The position numbers were made by a program, and so were the translations under genes. Below are positions 30,331 through 44,065 of a stretch of DNA of 64,000 bases, in pieces. Each line of letters starts with the position of its first letter. The stretch's first letter is position 1. The notes under the pieces were generated by a model, which worked only from the letters and a program-made list of their open reading frames with translations, had not been told where the DNA came from and searched no databases. Location: the NCBI GenBank assembly GCA_012295275.1, contig CM022670.1:6696001-6760000 (forward strand). The letters run 5' to 3'. The DNA is from Chrysomallon squamiferum. Lineage: Eukaryota; Animalia; Mollusca.

Positions 30331-31762
30331 TCTTATTGCTCTTAATAAAAACAAAAATACAATTTTCGCATTCAGTTTATGGAATAATTTTTGTGAGATG
30401 CAGAAGAATTTCTCTCAAGTCTTTGATGTAATTGTTGGTAAATATTTGTTGCAGACTTGATAATGGTAGCGACGATGATCACTTGGGAAAATTTTAAGTA
30501 AAATAATCCGTGTTAATAGTTATTTGGTAAAATTATTTTATATATTTATTTTGTTTTATTTGCTTGACCTATAGCAACCTAAACAGTTAATTTATCTTGG
30601 TTATCAAATGATGTTGCAAACTGCAAAGGTATACTGTATTTATAACTAAATAAATAATAATAATATTAATAAAAAAATTAAATAAATAAAAATAAAAATA
30701 AAAAATTTTGAAATTCAAATAAGCATGTAATAATGTTTTAGATCCTGTACATTTTGAAACTGTTACAACCATGTCAGGAAAACGTTTTGAAATTAAAACA
30801 ACTATAAAAAAATAAATAAACGAAAATAATATTTCCAAACTGATTACTTATTTCTGTATCTTTTAATAAATGAAATGAAATAAAATAAACAGTATTAGCA
30901 AAAATTTTGTGAATTTTTGTGAATTTATTTTCAACATGAATGAATAAACCAATTAAAATTCGCTTACTCTGAGCATTATTAATTTCTAATTTCCGGCTGA
31001 ACTCTCCATTTTTCTGTCACATTTTAGATTAATGACACACAAACACGTTCATTAAAAATTAATAGATCACTATGTAGAAATGTAGAGTAGGGCTGTGACA
31101 GACAACATAATTATAAAGATGAATTAAATAATTTATGTTCTGCGTAAAATGATTAATAATTTCTGTTACAGACAAGACTTATTTAACCAGACATTTATAT
31201 ATTTATATATATTACAATGATTACATTTTAAATCCTGCCTAGTTATACGCTTCAGACAGTTTGTGCAGGAATATGTCTGCCTTGGAGCCGGAGATAGCTT
31301 CCAGAAAACACAGAAATAGCGATCATATATATATATATATATATATATACTGAAGTTCTTGGCGAATTCCTTACAACAACAAAAATCAATAACCATCATT
31401 TAGAAAAACTAGCTGGGGCTTCCTAACTTATTTCCAGCAGTATTACTGGAATCAGTGTCTATCTGGATATGTTTAATTATCCCGCGGGCCTCTGGGAAGA
31501 AGCGCTAGAGAAACTTACAAGGGTTAATTCTGTTATACAGAGTTTCTTCGCTTAGCGTTTGGTCTCCAGCTGATGATAACAAATGCTTTCATCTGCTGGA
31601 CCGATAACGTTCGATGTTTTTACTTCAAACATCACCTGGTAGGCTTTTCGTACGAAAATAAACCATTAATAATTACGAGCTTCATGACCAGTGAATAAAA
31701 GCTGAGCTGAAGGAAATTTAGCTAGTAAAGCAATTATAAAGAGGAAAGAGAGACAGGGTAAG

Positions 31763-31800
<38 letters not shown>

Positions 31801-31810
31801 ACACACAGAG

Positions 31811-31895
<85 letters not shown>

Positions 31896-32266
31896 ATAAA
31901 TGTCTTATTGGAAGCTGGTTCGACGAGGAAGCTAGATGAAGGCAGTATTTATAAATACGTTTTAACACAGAATCAGGTGACAAATATTGTGGAACTAAAG
32001 CATACTTATTTGAAAGCTCATCCCAGTTTAATATTTAAAAAAAAAAAAAAAACAGAAAGAAAGAAAAAAAAAATCCCAGATAACGGAAAGAAATGAATGT
32101 ATTAAGAAACCTATCACAAGAATAAGAGAAGAGAGAAAATTAAAATATCGTTATTTTTTAAAAGGGTTTTGTGGGGGTGTAAAAAAAATGTCTAATGAGC
32201 CGCCACCCATTAATTTCACCGGGGCCTGTTTCCCATTCAATAAAACGAAAATTCGCCGACGTTCTC

Positions 32267-32274
32267 TGACGTCA
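32267..32274. promoter_or_regulatory. Palindromic cAMP response element TGACGTCA
   Basis: Perfect CRE inside a CpG-rich patch (32190-32560), about 4 kb upstream of ATG 36404. Confidence 0.35.
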
Positions 32275-32829
32275 TGGAAGCACCCACCACAAAGACGCGC
32301 CAACTGGATGGAAAACTTGCGATTCGATACACTGTCTGATAATAAACTTGATATATTCGCTGATCGAAACAGATCACAAAGGTCGACGACGACCAGTCAC
32401 GTCACATTTGCACTTGCCAGTCCTTTTAGCCGACTTTTCGTCTGCTTTTGTTTATCATATGATTCTACCGGGGTCCAAAATATTCATTACCGCGAAAGAA
32501 ACGAAACGAAACGAAACGTCGTGAAATGTCCATAAAACGAGTCTTTGGACTGAGGGTTCTAGCTACATGATCATCTGAAAAATAATGTTCAGCATAACCA
32601 TCATTATTATTGACCCTGTATCGAGTAAATGTCCTTCTTTTCTATGAAATGTCCTACTGATCTTTGATGAAAAATGCTACAAACTTTGAAAAAAAAGCAA
32701 ACTTTCACATACAATTATAGTTAGAAGGGAAAAACAAGAAGATAAAAAAGAAAAGAAAAAGAAAAGTAAAAAGAAAGAAAGATAAGAAAAGAAATTATAA
32801 AGAAAAGAAAACGGAGAGAAAGATTGCAG

Positions 32830-34025
32830 TCTCAACACTATAAATATATTTAAAAATTATAAACACGTTTTAATACTGTAAACCTACATCTTGACTATAT
32901 TTATAAACACGTCTTAACACTGTATTTATAAATACGTTTTAACACAGAATATGTACAGTATACCCTCACCTATTCGCGGTTCCCCATTCGCGGCCCCGCA
33001 TATTCGCGGGTTAGGCTCTTAACCCTATCGCATCGTATGCTGGTATACCAGGCTAGCGTCATAACGTCATAAAAACAAATGCTCGGTAAACCGCACAAAC
33101 AATATCAAATTTTTTCAATTATTATTGCAATACAGTACGTATTTTTTTTTATAAATGCATATTTTTTGTTACCGTGTATTAATAATGTTTTTAATTGCAT
33201 ATTATTACCTGAACTGTGCGTACTGTATTTATCTGTCTGTATTGCCTTTAAATTTGTTCCACTTTCTGTCAATTCTAATACATATGTTGTACGCATAGAA
33301 AATGACTTTACGGTGCAGTAATACTGTATGGGTAACTATGCTATGCGGTGTTACTGTCCTCATGTACTTATGTTTCTTTCTGATTAAAATATTGTTTCAG
33401 TACAAAATTAAAATGTGTTTACATTATCATTACTACATTAGTGAAATACATAACTGCATGCAATATTACTACATTATTACTGTATTAATGAGTAAAAGTG
33501 TCTTTAGAAAGTGTTTGGGAAGCATTTAGTACCGTATATAATCTCATAATAGACGTTTTAAAACTGCATCCAATATTCGCGGTTTTTCGCTATTCGCGGG
33601 GGGGTAAAGAACGTAACCCCCGCGAATAGCGAGGGAATACTGTATATGTGTGTGTGTTAACACTGTATTTACATACAAGTCCTAAGAATATATTAACAGT
33701 GTATTAATATACAAATTTTAACACTGTATTTATATACATGTCTTAACACTGTATTTATATACAAATCTTGACAGTGTATTTATATACAAGTCTTAACACT
33801 GAATTTATATACAACTTAACACTGTATTTATATACAACTTAACACTTTATTTATATACAAGTCTTAACACTATTTATATACACATCTACATGTTAACAAT
33901 GTATTTATATACACATCTATACATCTTAACAATGTATTTATATACACATCTATACATCTTAACAATGTATTTATATATACATCTTAACAATGTATTTATA
34001 TACATGTTTTAACGATATTTATATA
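32830..34025. repeat. ~25-bp degenerate tandem repeat interrupted by the 32956-33642 transposon
   Basis: cttaacactgtatttatatacaagt units on both sides of the element. Confidence 0.8.
32956..33642. mobile_element. Tc1/mariner (pogo/Tigger-like) non-autonomous DNA transposon
   Basis: TIRs cagtataccctcacctattcgcgg / ccgcgaatagcgagggaatactg, TA TSD on both sides, multiple ATTCGCGG subterminal repeats. Confidence 0.88.
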
Positions 34026-34576
34026 TATGCTTTGAAGATATTTTATATAATTATTTCTTTCATTGATGCAAGAGAAGGTTTCTATAATTACTCATTTCTT
34101 TCAACACTATATGTATGCATACATATATTTACACATACACACACACAACAAACCAACATAACACATTTTATATCTCTCATACAAACACTGAATCATTCCA
34201 TTATGCTTCATTTCCTCTGAAAAATAGTGTATTTCAATATTCTCATGCTGTTACAAATGCAATGTCTGTTTATTTCCCCACAATATTATTTACCATAAAA
34301 CTGTCAATGAGATCATGTATGTTTTCCTGTGTGTATATGTGTATTTATTTTTTATGTAGATATCTGTTTGTGTTTTTTTATTTTTGTTTTATACATAGTG
34401 TGTGTGTGTGTGTGTTTGTATGTATGTATGTATATATCTATGTATATTAGTTTGATTAATTGCATGTATTCTTTAAATTATTTAGGTGACCATAAAAACA
34501 TAAATGCAAATTAAAAAGAAAAAAATCAAACAAATAAACAAACAAAAGCAAAAACAAAATGAAAGAGTATAATTAA

Positions 34577-34620
<44 letters not shown>

Positions 34621-35474
34621 ATAAAAAAAAAAAAAAAAAAAAAGAGAAGCAATTTAAGTTCTCTTCAAATATAAATTAAAACTTAGGAAGTAGAGAAATT
34701 GTTTATGTGCACCTATAAAAGTGGGAGCAGAATTATAGCCTGAGTAAACCTGTATAGTGATGAATACAACACTTGTTTGGGTGTGAATAAAACTGATTTA
34801 GGTTACATGCACTCATTAACATTGAAGCACAAAATAACAAACAAACAAATAAAAATAAAAACCAAAAAATTAAAAACAAATTAAAAATAAATGCACAGGC
34901 AAAGATATATATATATATATATTTTTTTTTAAATACCTAAACTCAAACAAAAAGATACAGACACATTTATCCCTCAAACAAAATCTAGTTTTCCTCTGTT
35001 TTCAAGTTTTAAATTCATTAGACGGGGAAATGTAATGACATATATAAGCAAACACAACATGTGGCATTTGTTCATTATCTACCACTCCACAGGACTCATC
35101 CAAATCTTTAATTTACTTTTAAATAGTTAATTAACCACACAGCTAAGGTCTATGTTAATGTTGCTCTCTGTGATCTTTTTAGATTGTATTTGATTGTGTA
35201 AGCATGTGCATCTGTGTCTGTGTATCATAAATATGTATGTATCTACATATCTGTGTACAATAATGTATGTGCATTAAATTTATTATATAATTATATATAA
35301 AGTTTTCAGTCACTTTTTTGGTTTATATATCTATTTAAAAAGAGAGAAATTGTCTTGAATAATGTGTGTGAAAAAAAGCCCAGAGAGTTCAGGCTGAAAA
35401 CTTTGTAAACAAATAGCATGGAATGATTTACAATCTCAGCAAAAGAAAGATGTTGATTCTGTTTATGAATTAAT

Positions 35475-35530
<56 letters not shown>

Positions 35531-35611
35531 CCAGTGGTTTGACTACAACGGGGATGTGAAATAATGTATAACAACAAGATTCAGCAGAACTATAATAATA
35601 ATAATAATAAT

Positions 35612-35677
<66 letters not shown>

Positions 35678-35877
35678 CATGATAATGATGTAAACCATAT
35701 GAATACATAACTTTAACAATTTCCGAGCAAACAAATCAAACTTCCATAAAGTATTATTTAATAAAATGAAAAAGATATTTCAAATTGCTCCTTTTTATAA
35801 ATTTTATTATTATCATTATTTTTTATAATGTAGTTTTGAATAATTTATGTTATTAACAATACAATATTTAGTTTCGA

Positions 35878-35911
<34 letters not shown>

Positions 35912-36403
35912 TTTTCTGTTTTACAAACATCATTATCTATTCTAATTTAATATTTTATGCGAAATTTCTGGTTTATAATTATGAGAATGTCGTACATATT
36001 AATATCTATTGAATGATCCAACAGGCGAAAATTATAATAAGAAGAATTACTAACAGTCATTACTGACATAATCAGCAATTTTCATATCCATTCAGTTTCT
36101 TTCTGGATAGCAAACCTGGCATCTCATCGCATGCGAACGTTTCCAGTGAAGCGAAGACGTATAATTATATAAAATTATTATTATTAATATTAATGTGATA
36201 GGCCTACACTGTTACACTGTTGCTCTAGTCATAAACAGAGTTAATGCCCTTCAGAAAGTAGATGGCGCTCTGTTTACTTGCAGACGGATCAATAGACTAA
36301 CGAAGGCCACTGTAGTGATGGATAATATTTGTTTGACAGTTCAAATGATTACTGACCGGGTTGTTTTGTACGTTTTCTTCTACTGCATTAGTTGACATCA
36401 AAT

Positions 36404-36565
36404 ATGGTGATTGTATTAACACACACCATTGTTTCAGCATTTTTATACATTAGAAATTCGGACAAATTTCATACACATAAGAACTGTCAGGTGCTCGATA
36501 CAGCGAGCACTTCAAAATCAAAAGAATATACAGTGCACCAAGATAATTTGCCATCGTTTTTGGAG
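36404..36565 (+). CDS. PDE2A: PDE2 candidate first coding exon ([17 protein letters not shown]...LPSFLE)
   Basis: ATG at 36404, 54 open codons, then a GAG|GTATGT phase-0 donor matching the phase-0 acceptor at 39471. The N-terminus resembles mammalian PDE2A2 (MVLVLHHILIAVVQFLR, recalled). Confidence 0.75.
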
Positions 36566-36858
36566 GTATGTATTAAATAATAATTTGTTTAAATTCATTC
36601 TAACTTACTTGAATAAACAGAATTAACTATTATATCTTTTTAATGTAATAATGATTTATTACTCCTACTACTACTAATAATTAATTAATACCATTATTTT
36701 TTATTATATACATATATATATATATATTTATATATATTTAATTCTTCACAGATAAATAACATAGTCTCTTTTAGGTTCAGATAATTTTCAGTATTACACA
36801 ATATTCCTGTAAAATTCATTACTTATTACATAATAATGATGACATGATTAAAAAATAC

Positions 36859-36896
<38 letters not shown>

Positions 36897-38250
36897 AGGT
36901 AAAAATACAAAAAACAACCAAAAACAACCAACCAAAACAAAACAAAACAACAACAACAATCATTAACTGATATTTTGTCTGTTAGTTATAAATATATTTA
37001 AGTTATAAAATAAATAATTTTTACTTTATTACAGTTTCTTATATAAAAATGTTTGTGAGGAATTTATATCATTACCATGTTTTACTGATAATTAAAATTA
37101 ATTTAAGAAAAAGACATTTTGTCGTGTTTAATTATCTAATTTTATTTGTAAGTACAAAAAGTATTATAAGAATGAGTCTTTAAATTTTATTCAGTATGTT
37201 ACATCTTTGGTACTTAATATAACATGTAGGTGTTCATGAAATAAAACTTAATACTGTTTATTATGAACATTAGCCAGTGTTTGTTACATTTAAAAAATGT
37301 TATGTATTACCAGTAATTATTTCTAACATTTAAAATTTACAATTTCAAAATTTAATATGTTTTAAAAACATGAAATGTATTGGGTATTTGAACTGAATAA
37401 TCATGTATTACTTGGATGAATTTCTGGTACATATACAACATTTTCACAACTAAAATAGTATCACTATAAAGAAAAAAAATTCAGATTTTTCAGTACATAA
37501 TGTGATTCATCAGTTAATCTGAAGAAAACTATTTAATATGTTTTTCTTACATCACTTTTTCTTTTAAATCTAAATAACTTTTTGTGATTTAAATAAATAG
37601 ATTTGATTTTATGTCACTCAGAAAGCTTTCATTGTTCATATTTAGTAAATGTTATGACAATATGTAACCTTATTTTTTATTTATTTAGTTTTAAATTGTA
37701 TCAATAACACAAATGAAAGAAAAGTACTGAAAATAACTTTCTGTAACCATATAGCATGCTCATAGTTAATCTCTGGTGTGAGCAATTATTTTTGGAATCA
37801 GGTTACATTTTTTTTAATATACTTTTCGATTGGAGCTATAATCCATATTCCGTAATGTGATAACCATGATATTACTTTTAAGTAAAGCACTGGTAACATT
37901 AACATAGGAAATAGTTTTAGTTTTTACAAGAATTTAATGTGCACATCTGTGTTTGATAAAGTCAGATTTATATGGACTTCACATGAGTAGATTAACATAT
38001 GAGGAAGCACGATGAAATACATATACTGAACATGTTTAATAGGGTGTGTCATTTTGGTGTGTCAGTATTGATCATGTTCTTGAAGTATCTTTGTTTTTTC
38101 ATTTCTTTATGTCATGAATTATATTGCTTGCATTAGTCATTTAATGAGATGAAAAGAAAAAGTGAAATATAAATCAGTAATTGTTACAGTACTGGAGTGG
38201 TATTGAAGGGAACTACAAAATATCAGATAGAATTAAAAAATAAATAATAA

Positions 38251-38284
<34 letters not shown>

Positions 38285-41200
38285 AAATAAAATAAAATCA
38301 ACAAACAAGACAAACACAAAAACATATCTTAATTCTAAAGCAGGTGGAATTTTTAGCATATATAATTTTTTAACTACAGATCATTTGTAGTTTACCTACT
38401 CTTGCTACCTTGTGTTTTTTAATCTTCCAAATCAAAATAGTATCTGGTGATTTGTATGAAGCAGCTTCTAATGTTAATAAGTTATTTATTTAGTATTATT
38501 ATTTATTTTGTTATAGTCTCTTTGTCAGATAGATGCTTTATAAAGGTTTTATTGAAATTTTTATTTTTATTTTTATTTTATATCTGTGATTTAACTGATA
38601 TTCAATAATATCTTATACAGGACTTCTTAAACTTTTCTCTACTTGCATCATCTTTGAATTAAACAAAGATTTTCTTTGTTAGGATCACAAAAAAAATATG
38701 TACTAATACTGTGTAAATAGTCTTCATGAGAAATATAGCTTGGTAAGCTAAGCACAGAAATAACTAAATAGCAGAGCTTGTTTTTACTAAAGCTTGAACA
38801 AAAAAAAAAAAAAAAAAAAAATTATAATCCATTTTAATTTAATAACAGAACAAAAAATAATATTAAAAATAAAGGAAAATTATTATTATTTTTTTTTTTA
38901 TTTATTGAACATAATTGTACTACAACAATTAAAACAAAAACATTATTTAAAATTGATTAATACCAATTCAAAATATACGTGCCAAAAGGAATAAATATAT
39001 TGTTGTATGGTGATAAGAATAAAAAGTAGTTACCCAATAATATATTATAAACCAAAAAAAAAAACAATATTTTTTTTTAAATGTTTTTCTTTAAATAATT
39101 TTCCAATCTACATAATATTTACACAACCCCTTGAGGAGTTGTGGGCCCTAGTTCAACAATGTTACCTGATCAATTATGTTTTTACCAACACGATAACCCT
39201 ACAAAATTACATTGTTCTGCTAGTATATATAAGTTCATATCATTCTTAGTTTATTAAGGACATTTTTGCCACATAGATAAATATTCAGTCTTTGTTTTTA
39301 GCCACTTTTCATCCTTTTGTTCTTTTGGCAAAATCAATTTTTTTAAATTTTATATTTTAAGAATGTTTTATAATTAACTATAAAAACATAAATTATGTTA
39401 TACCAGTTGCATTGTGAAAATTTTCCATTATTATTTAAATAGTAAATTAATTATTTCTGTTTGTTTTCAGGAGGCTTTCAACCCACTTCTTGAGGCTAAA
39501 ACAATAGGAGAGCTCAAAGCAGCTATTAATAAGGCATTATTCTTGATTTTTCCACAGCAGGTAAGTTCATTTAGATTGAATGACATTAATTTTAAAAATA
39601 TTTAGTGTAAAACTTTTCTTTCTTCTAAGCAAAACTTGGATTAAAGAAACAATTGCTTGAGAAAAAAAAAAAAAAAAAAGAAAGAAAATGAACATTATTT
39701 ACATGCATGTTTGCATTATTGCAGATAGACAGTTTAGTAATGTTTTGCCTAATATGGTTGAATTTAGTAATTATTTTATACTTTTATTATAACTAAATTT
39801 AAAAAAGAAGAACATTTTTTTTCTTCTTTTAGACAGTCTATCATTAGGAAAATCTTCAGTTTAAACAATTCCTTTATAAATACTTTTTTTGGTTTTGTTC
39901 TGCCAGCAAAACATAGTATTAATAATATATCTATATCTGTGAATTATATAAATATTATACATATATTTTTTTAATCAAGACACTTTTATTACTCTGTACT
40001 TTAAGTGATATATTTATAATGACAGTTATATTTGCTGTAGAAGTAAAAATGAGACATAAAGTTTTGTTCTGTATTTAAAATAACAAGCTTCTGTTTGTTC
40101 TACATTAACAGTTTTGTTTTGCATTTAAAGTTGCACCCAGTTGTTTTCATTTTTTATTTAATTGGACACAGTTCTATTTATACTGGGATTTTTATTTTTT
40201 TTATTTTTTTAAATGTCAGAATTTTAATTGTTCACAATTGAAAATAATCCATTTTTTATTTTATTATTATTTTTCAAAATTTTAATTGGGTATCTAAAAA
40301 TTATCTGCAGTTTGCCATTTTTAAATTTAGGCTGCCAGTACTGTTTACTTGACAAATCCAGATAGCAAATGGATAGAGAGTGAAGATGAAACTACACTGC
40401 CATCTAGAGGAATTCTGTGGTAATGTTAAGATTTCATCACTACTGAAATAAATTAGGACCAATCTGCAACAGCCTAAAAGTTATCATGATTTTAATGTTT
40501 GCAGTCTCTGGGAAATAGGATATAAATCAAACTGTTGGTTGCAATTATATTAATTTTTATATTTTTGCTTCTTTACTTCAGTATTTAGTTTTTATTCAGG
40601 CATTATTAATGTTTCCTGATCATAATATTTTTTTAAATGTTTTGTTAGTACTTTATTTAAAAAAAAATTAATAATAACAAACACACATAATAGCATTAAT
40701 TATCTTTTAAATACACTGTTGAAAAATTTACATTTATTCTATAAACATAGATATATTCATGATGTCAGAACAAGAAGGAGCTTTCTTTTGAATCTTTTAG
40801 TGTAAACAATGAATTACTTGTTTTCTGCTCATGTACGTAGTCTGATGTTTAATATTAGCTTTAAAATTCAATAGGCAAGCTTTTCAGGAGCATGACAAGT
40901 CAGTATATCAAATTCCTGCAAAAGAAGATCCTATAAAATCTGCCCTTGGAATCAAAGCTGTCAATCAAACAGACCCATTAGGTATGCTATTGCATGAAGA
41001 AGATATAGATACATAATCTCAAAAATATATCTTTTGTTCAACAATACGTAAATAGTTACAGTGTTCAAAACTATATGTTTAGGAGAAGTCTAAAATTAAC
41101 ATTTTATAATATCGCAGTTTATTCCACATCATTATAAATTTTACAATTATTCTCTATGATGGGGCATAAAGTTTAATTATTTTGATCTGAATTTGTTCAG

Positions 41201-44034
41201 ACATATTAGTTATTTTAGAATTGCAGATGTCAAGGACAACAGACAGATGTATGTATCTAAATTCTAGTTTGGTAGAGGAAATATTTTACTGCATATCATG
41301 TTTTATTATTTTTTTCTTTCTTTCTTTATTTCTTTTTTGTTTTCTGAATGTAGATTATACATCAAAATATTTTTATTATTATTATTATTACTTTTATTTA
41401 TTTTATTTATTTTATTTTTTTGCACCATTGATGCACATATCTAATATTGTAGTAGTTTAAATATTTTGACTGGCTGTACTTAGAATGTTAGTTGATATGC
41501 ATGCATACATATGTATTTTAAAAAAAAACACTGCACTATCAGGTATATACACCTGCAAATAAACATAAGAACATACTGACTAACATACATATTGTATTTT
41601 TCTCTGTTTATATCTTCAGTTTTATGTGTTCCCATTCAAGAAAGAGATGATAATGTAAATATTGGGCTACTTGTGGTAAGTGATGCATAAACAGATATGT
41701 TTCACAAAAAGTATCGTATGATATTAGTTGTTTTTTCCATGCCTTGAAAATTTGCTTTTTCATTTCTCATTTTACATAGACTTCCTAAGTTCAGATGATT
41801 GTGATATCCATGGCAGTAAATAGTTTAATAGATATAGGACACATGTTGATTTTTCAAGCTCTTGGTTATATAGCTTACAAAGTCTTAGTAAAGATGTAGC
41901 AGATTTGTAAAAACAAATACATATATTTTTTGTTTTATGAAGCTGTGTTTATCTCTATCACTGATTAAACATCAATAACTTTTTACAAATAAAATGTGAA
42001 AATATAGTGTTTAAGTGAGGATGTTAAAAAAAAAAAATGATACCCTACTGCTACAAAATAAATTGTTTTTGCTGTGAATTAAAATTAAATTATTTGATTA
42101 TATTGACTTTTGTGATTGACTCTTGCTATGGGATAATCAGTATTTTATGTTCATCACTGGTGGTAAAATTTATTAATAAGTAAAAATAAAAATAAGTAGT
42201 TTCTGGTAGAAATAAAAACAGTAGTGTTAGAAAAGGAACCATTTATAATGCCAATATATTCGTCAAATCATTAGCAGATGGTTAGATATTATGATAATTT
42301 TTTCTTTAGTATCAATTATATGATAGCAATGTTATATATGTTAAAAATGTGTTGATGTTTGTTTTAAAGTGCTATAATTAATATTTACTGTCACAGGTTG
42401 CACTTCCACCTGGTGTCACCTGCTGTCCACCATCGGTTGAACCTACTATACATTACTTAACTAAACAGGTTAGTTTACTTCTATTACAGATTATTAGTTA
42501 AGTATTTAATGTTTGCAGGTGTTTTAATGCTTTTAAAATATTTGTATTTGAGCTTTCCAAAAATAACAAACAAAAGAAAACAAGAAATGTCTGCATTTAA
42601 CCATTTTGGTGCCATTGGAGAGTATCTTGACATGCTAGATGATTGCTTTTGATGAGATATCTTGTCATGCCAGATGACTGCTTTTGGAAAGATATCTTGT
42701 CATGATAGAAAATTGCTTTTGATGAGATATCTTGTTATGCTAGATTACTGCTTTTGAAGAGATATCTTGTCATGTTAGGAGATTACTACTGGAGAGATAT
42801 TTTGACATAATGCACCAGCTTCAGTTTAGTCCTAATGTTTCATTTAGATAATTTTCCTAAAAATACCTGGTGCTGTGGAGTATGTGTTTAGGCAGAATTT
42901 GGCATCAAAAAGTTTATTATTTCAAAATAGAGATTCCTTGCTTTTAGAGGGAAAAAATGTAATGTATCTGCCAACTGTTTTACATTGCTGATTAATTACT
43001 CGGTAGAATCATTAAACAAAATGAACACTTGAATTACCTAGACAATTGTGCAAATTTGTTTTTTTTAAATGTGTACTTCCAAAGACATATGATTTATTAT
43101 TGAATGACCTTTAGAGATGTCATTAAGTAAAACAAATAAATGAAAGACATTAAATATTTGTATTCCTGGCCATTAATCTTTGTATTATGTCAATGTCAGA
43201 TGGTGTTTAAATGTAAAAAGTATTATTGATAACAAAATTATGTCATAAAGGTTGTGCTGTTTAAAAACATATTAAATAGAAACAAATAAAAATTAGAGGT
43301 AGTCAGCAGTTGGTTTTGTTATTTTGTTGATAAATGTTATTTACTTACCTATGTCATTATTTATTTGGTTATTAATTTCTTTATTTTTCAAATTATATAT
43401 TTTTATGTTTTGTGTATATTTGAAAGACAGTTTTTCCAAAACCTCATATTAATAGTTTTGCCTGACTACATCTGATCATGTAAAATATTCATCACTGCAA
43501 TTAATAATTATACATTTCTCATGTTTGCAAAACATCATGGTCTCATACAAACATTAGCTGTAGTTCAAAAATCCATAGCTAGGTTACCACTAAAAGTAAA
43601 TAACATATATTGTATTGACCATGGTCAAAATATTTTTTTGTATGGGCATTAACTCTAATTTTTGTTTTTCTGCTTCTTTATCTCAGACATAATCAGTGAA
43701 ATATTTGATTACCTTCAGTTTTGAAAACTGTAAAGCAAACCTTAATTCTAACAGAAGAAATATTTTTTAAAGTTAAAATTGACACATTTTTATCTGTAGT
43801 ATAATAAATATTTTTAATATCTATAAAAATAGCAGTAAGAGCTCATTTATATAATAAGCCAGTTAAAGTGAGTGGAGAGAGGACCTATATTAGCTTACTA
43901 ACACCTCCTGGCTAAGTCACAACCAGTGCTAATCATGAAAAAAAAAAAAATTCTACCCCCAAAACAACAAAACAAACAACCCCCAGAATTATATATATAT
44001 ATATATATAAGCATGTGTGTGTGTGTGTGTGTGT

Positions 44035-44065
<31 letters not shown>

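Noticed and set aside
30069-30460. ORFs in the CpG-rich patch
   Set aside because: Non-ATG starts, no homology I recognise, and no clear phase-matched donor.
32188-32535. 115-aa ORF as a separate gene
   Set aside because: No recognisable domain or splice support; better explained as a CpG-rich regulatory patch.
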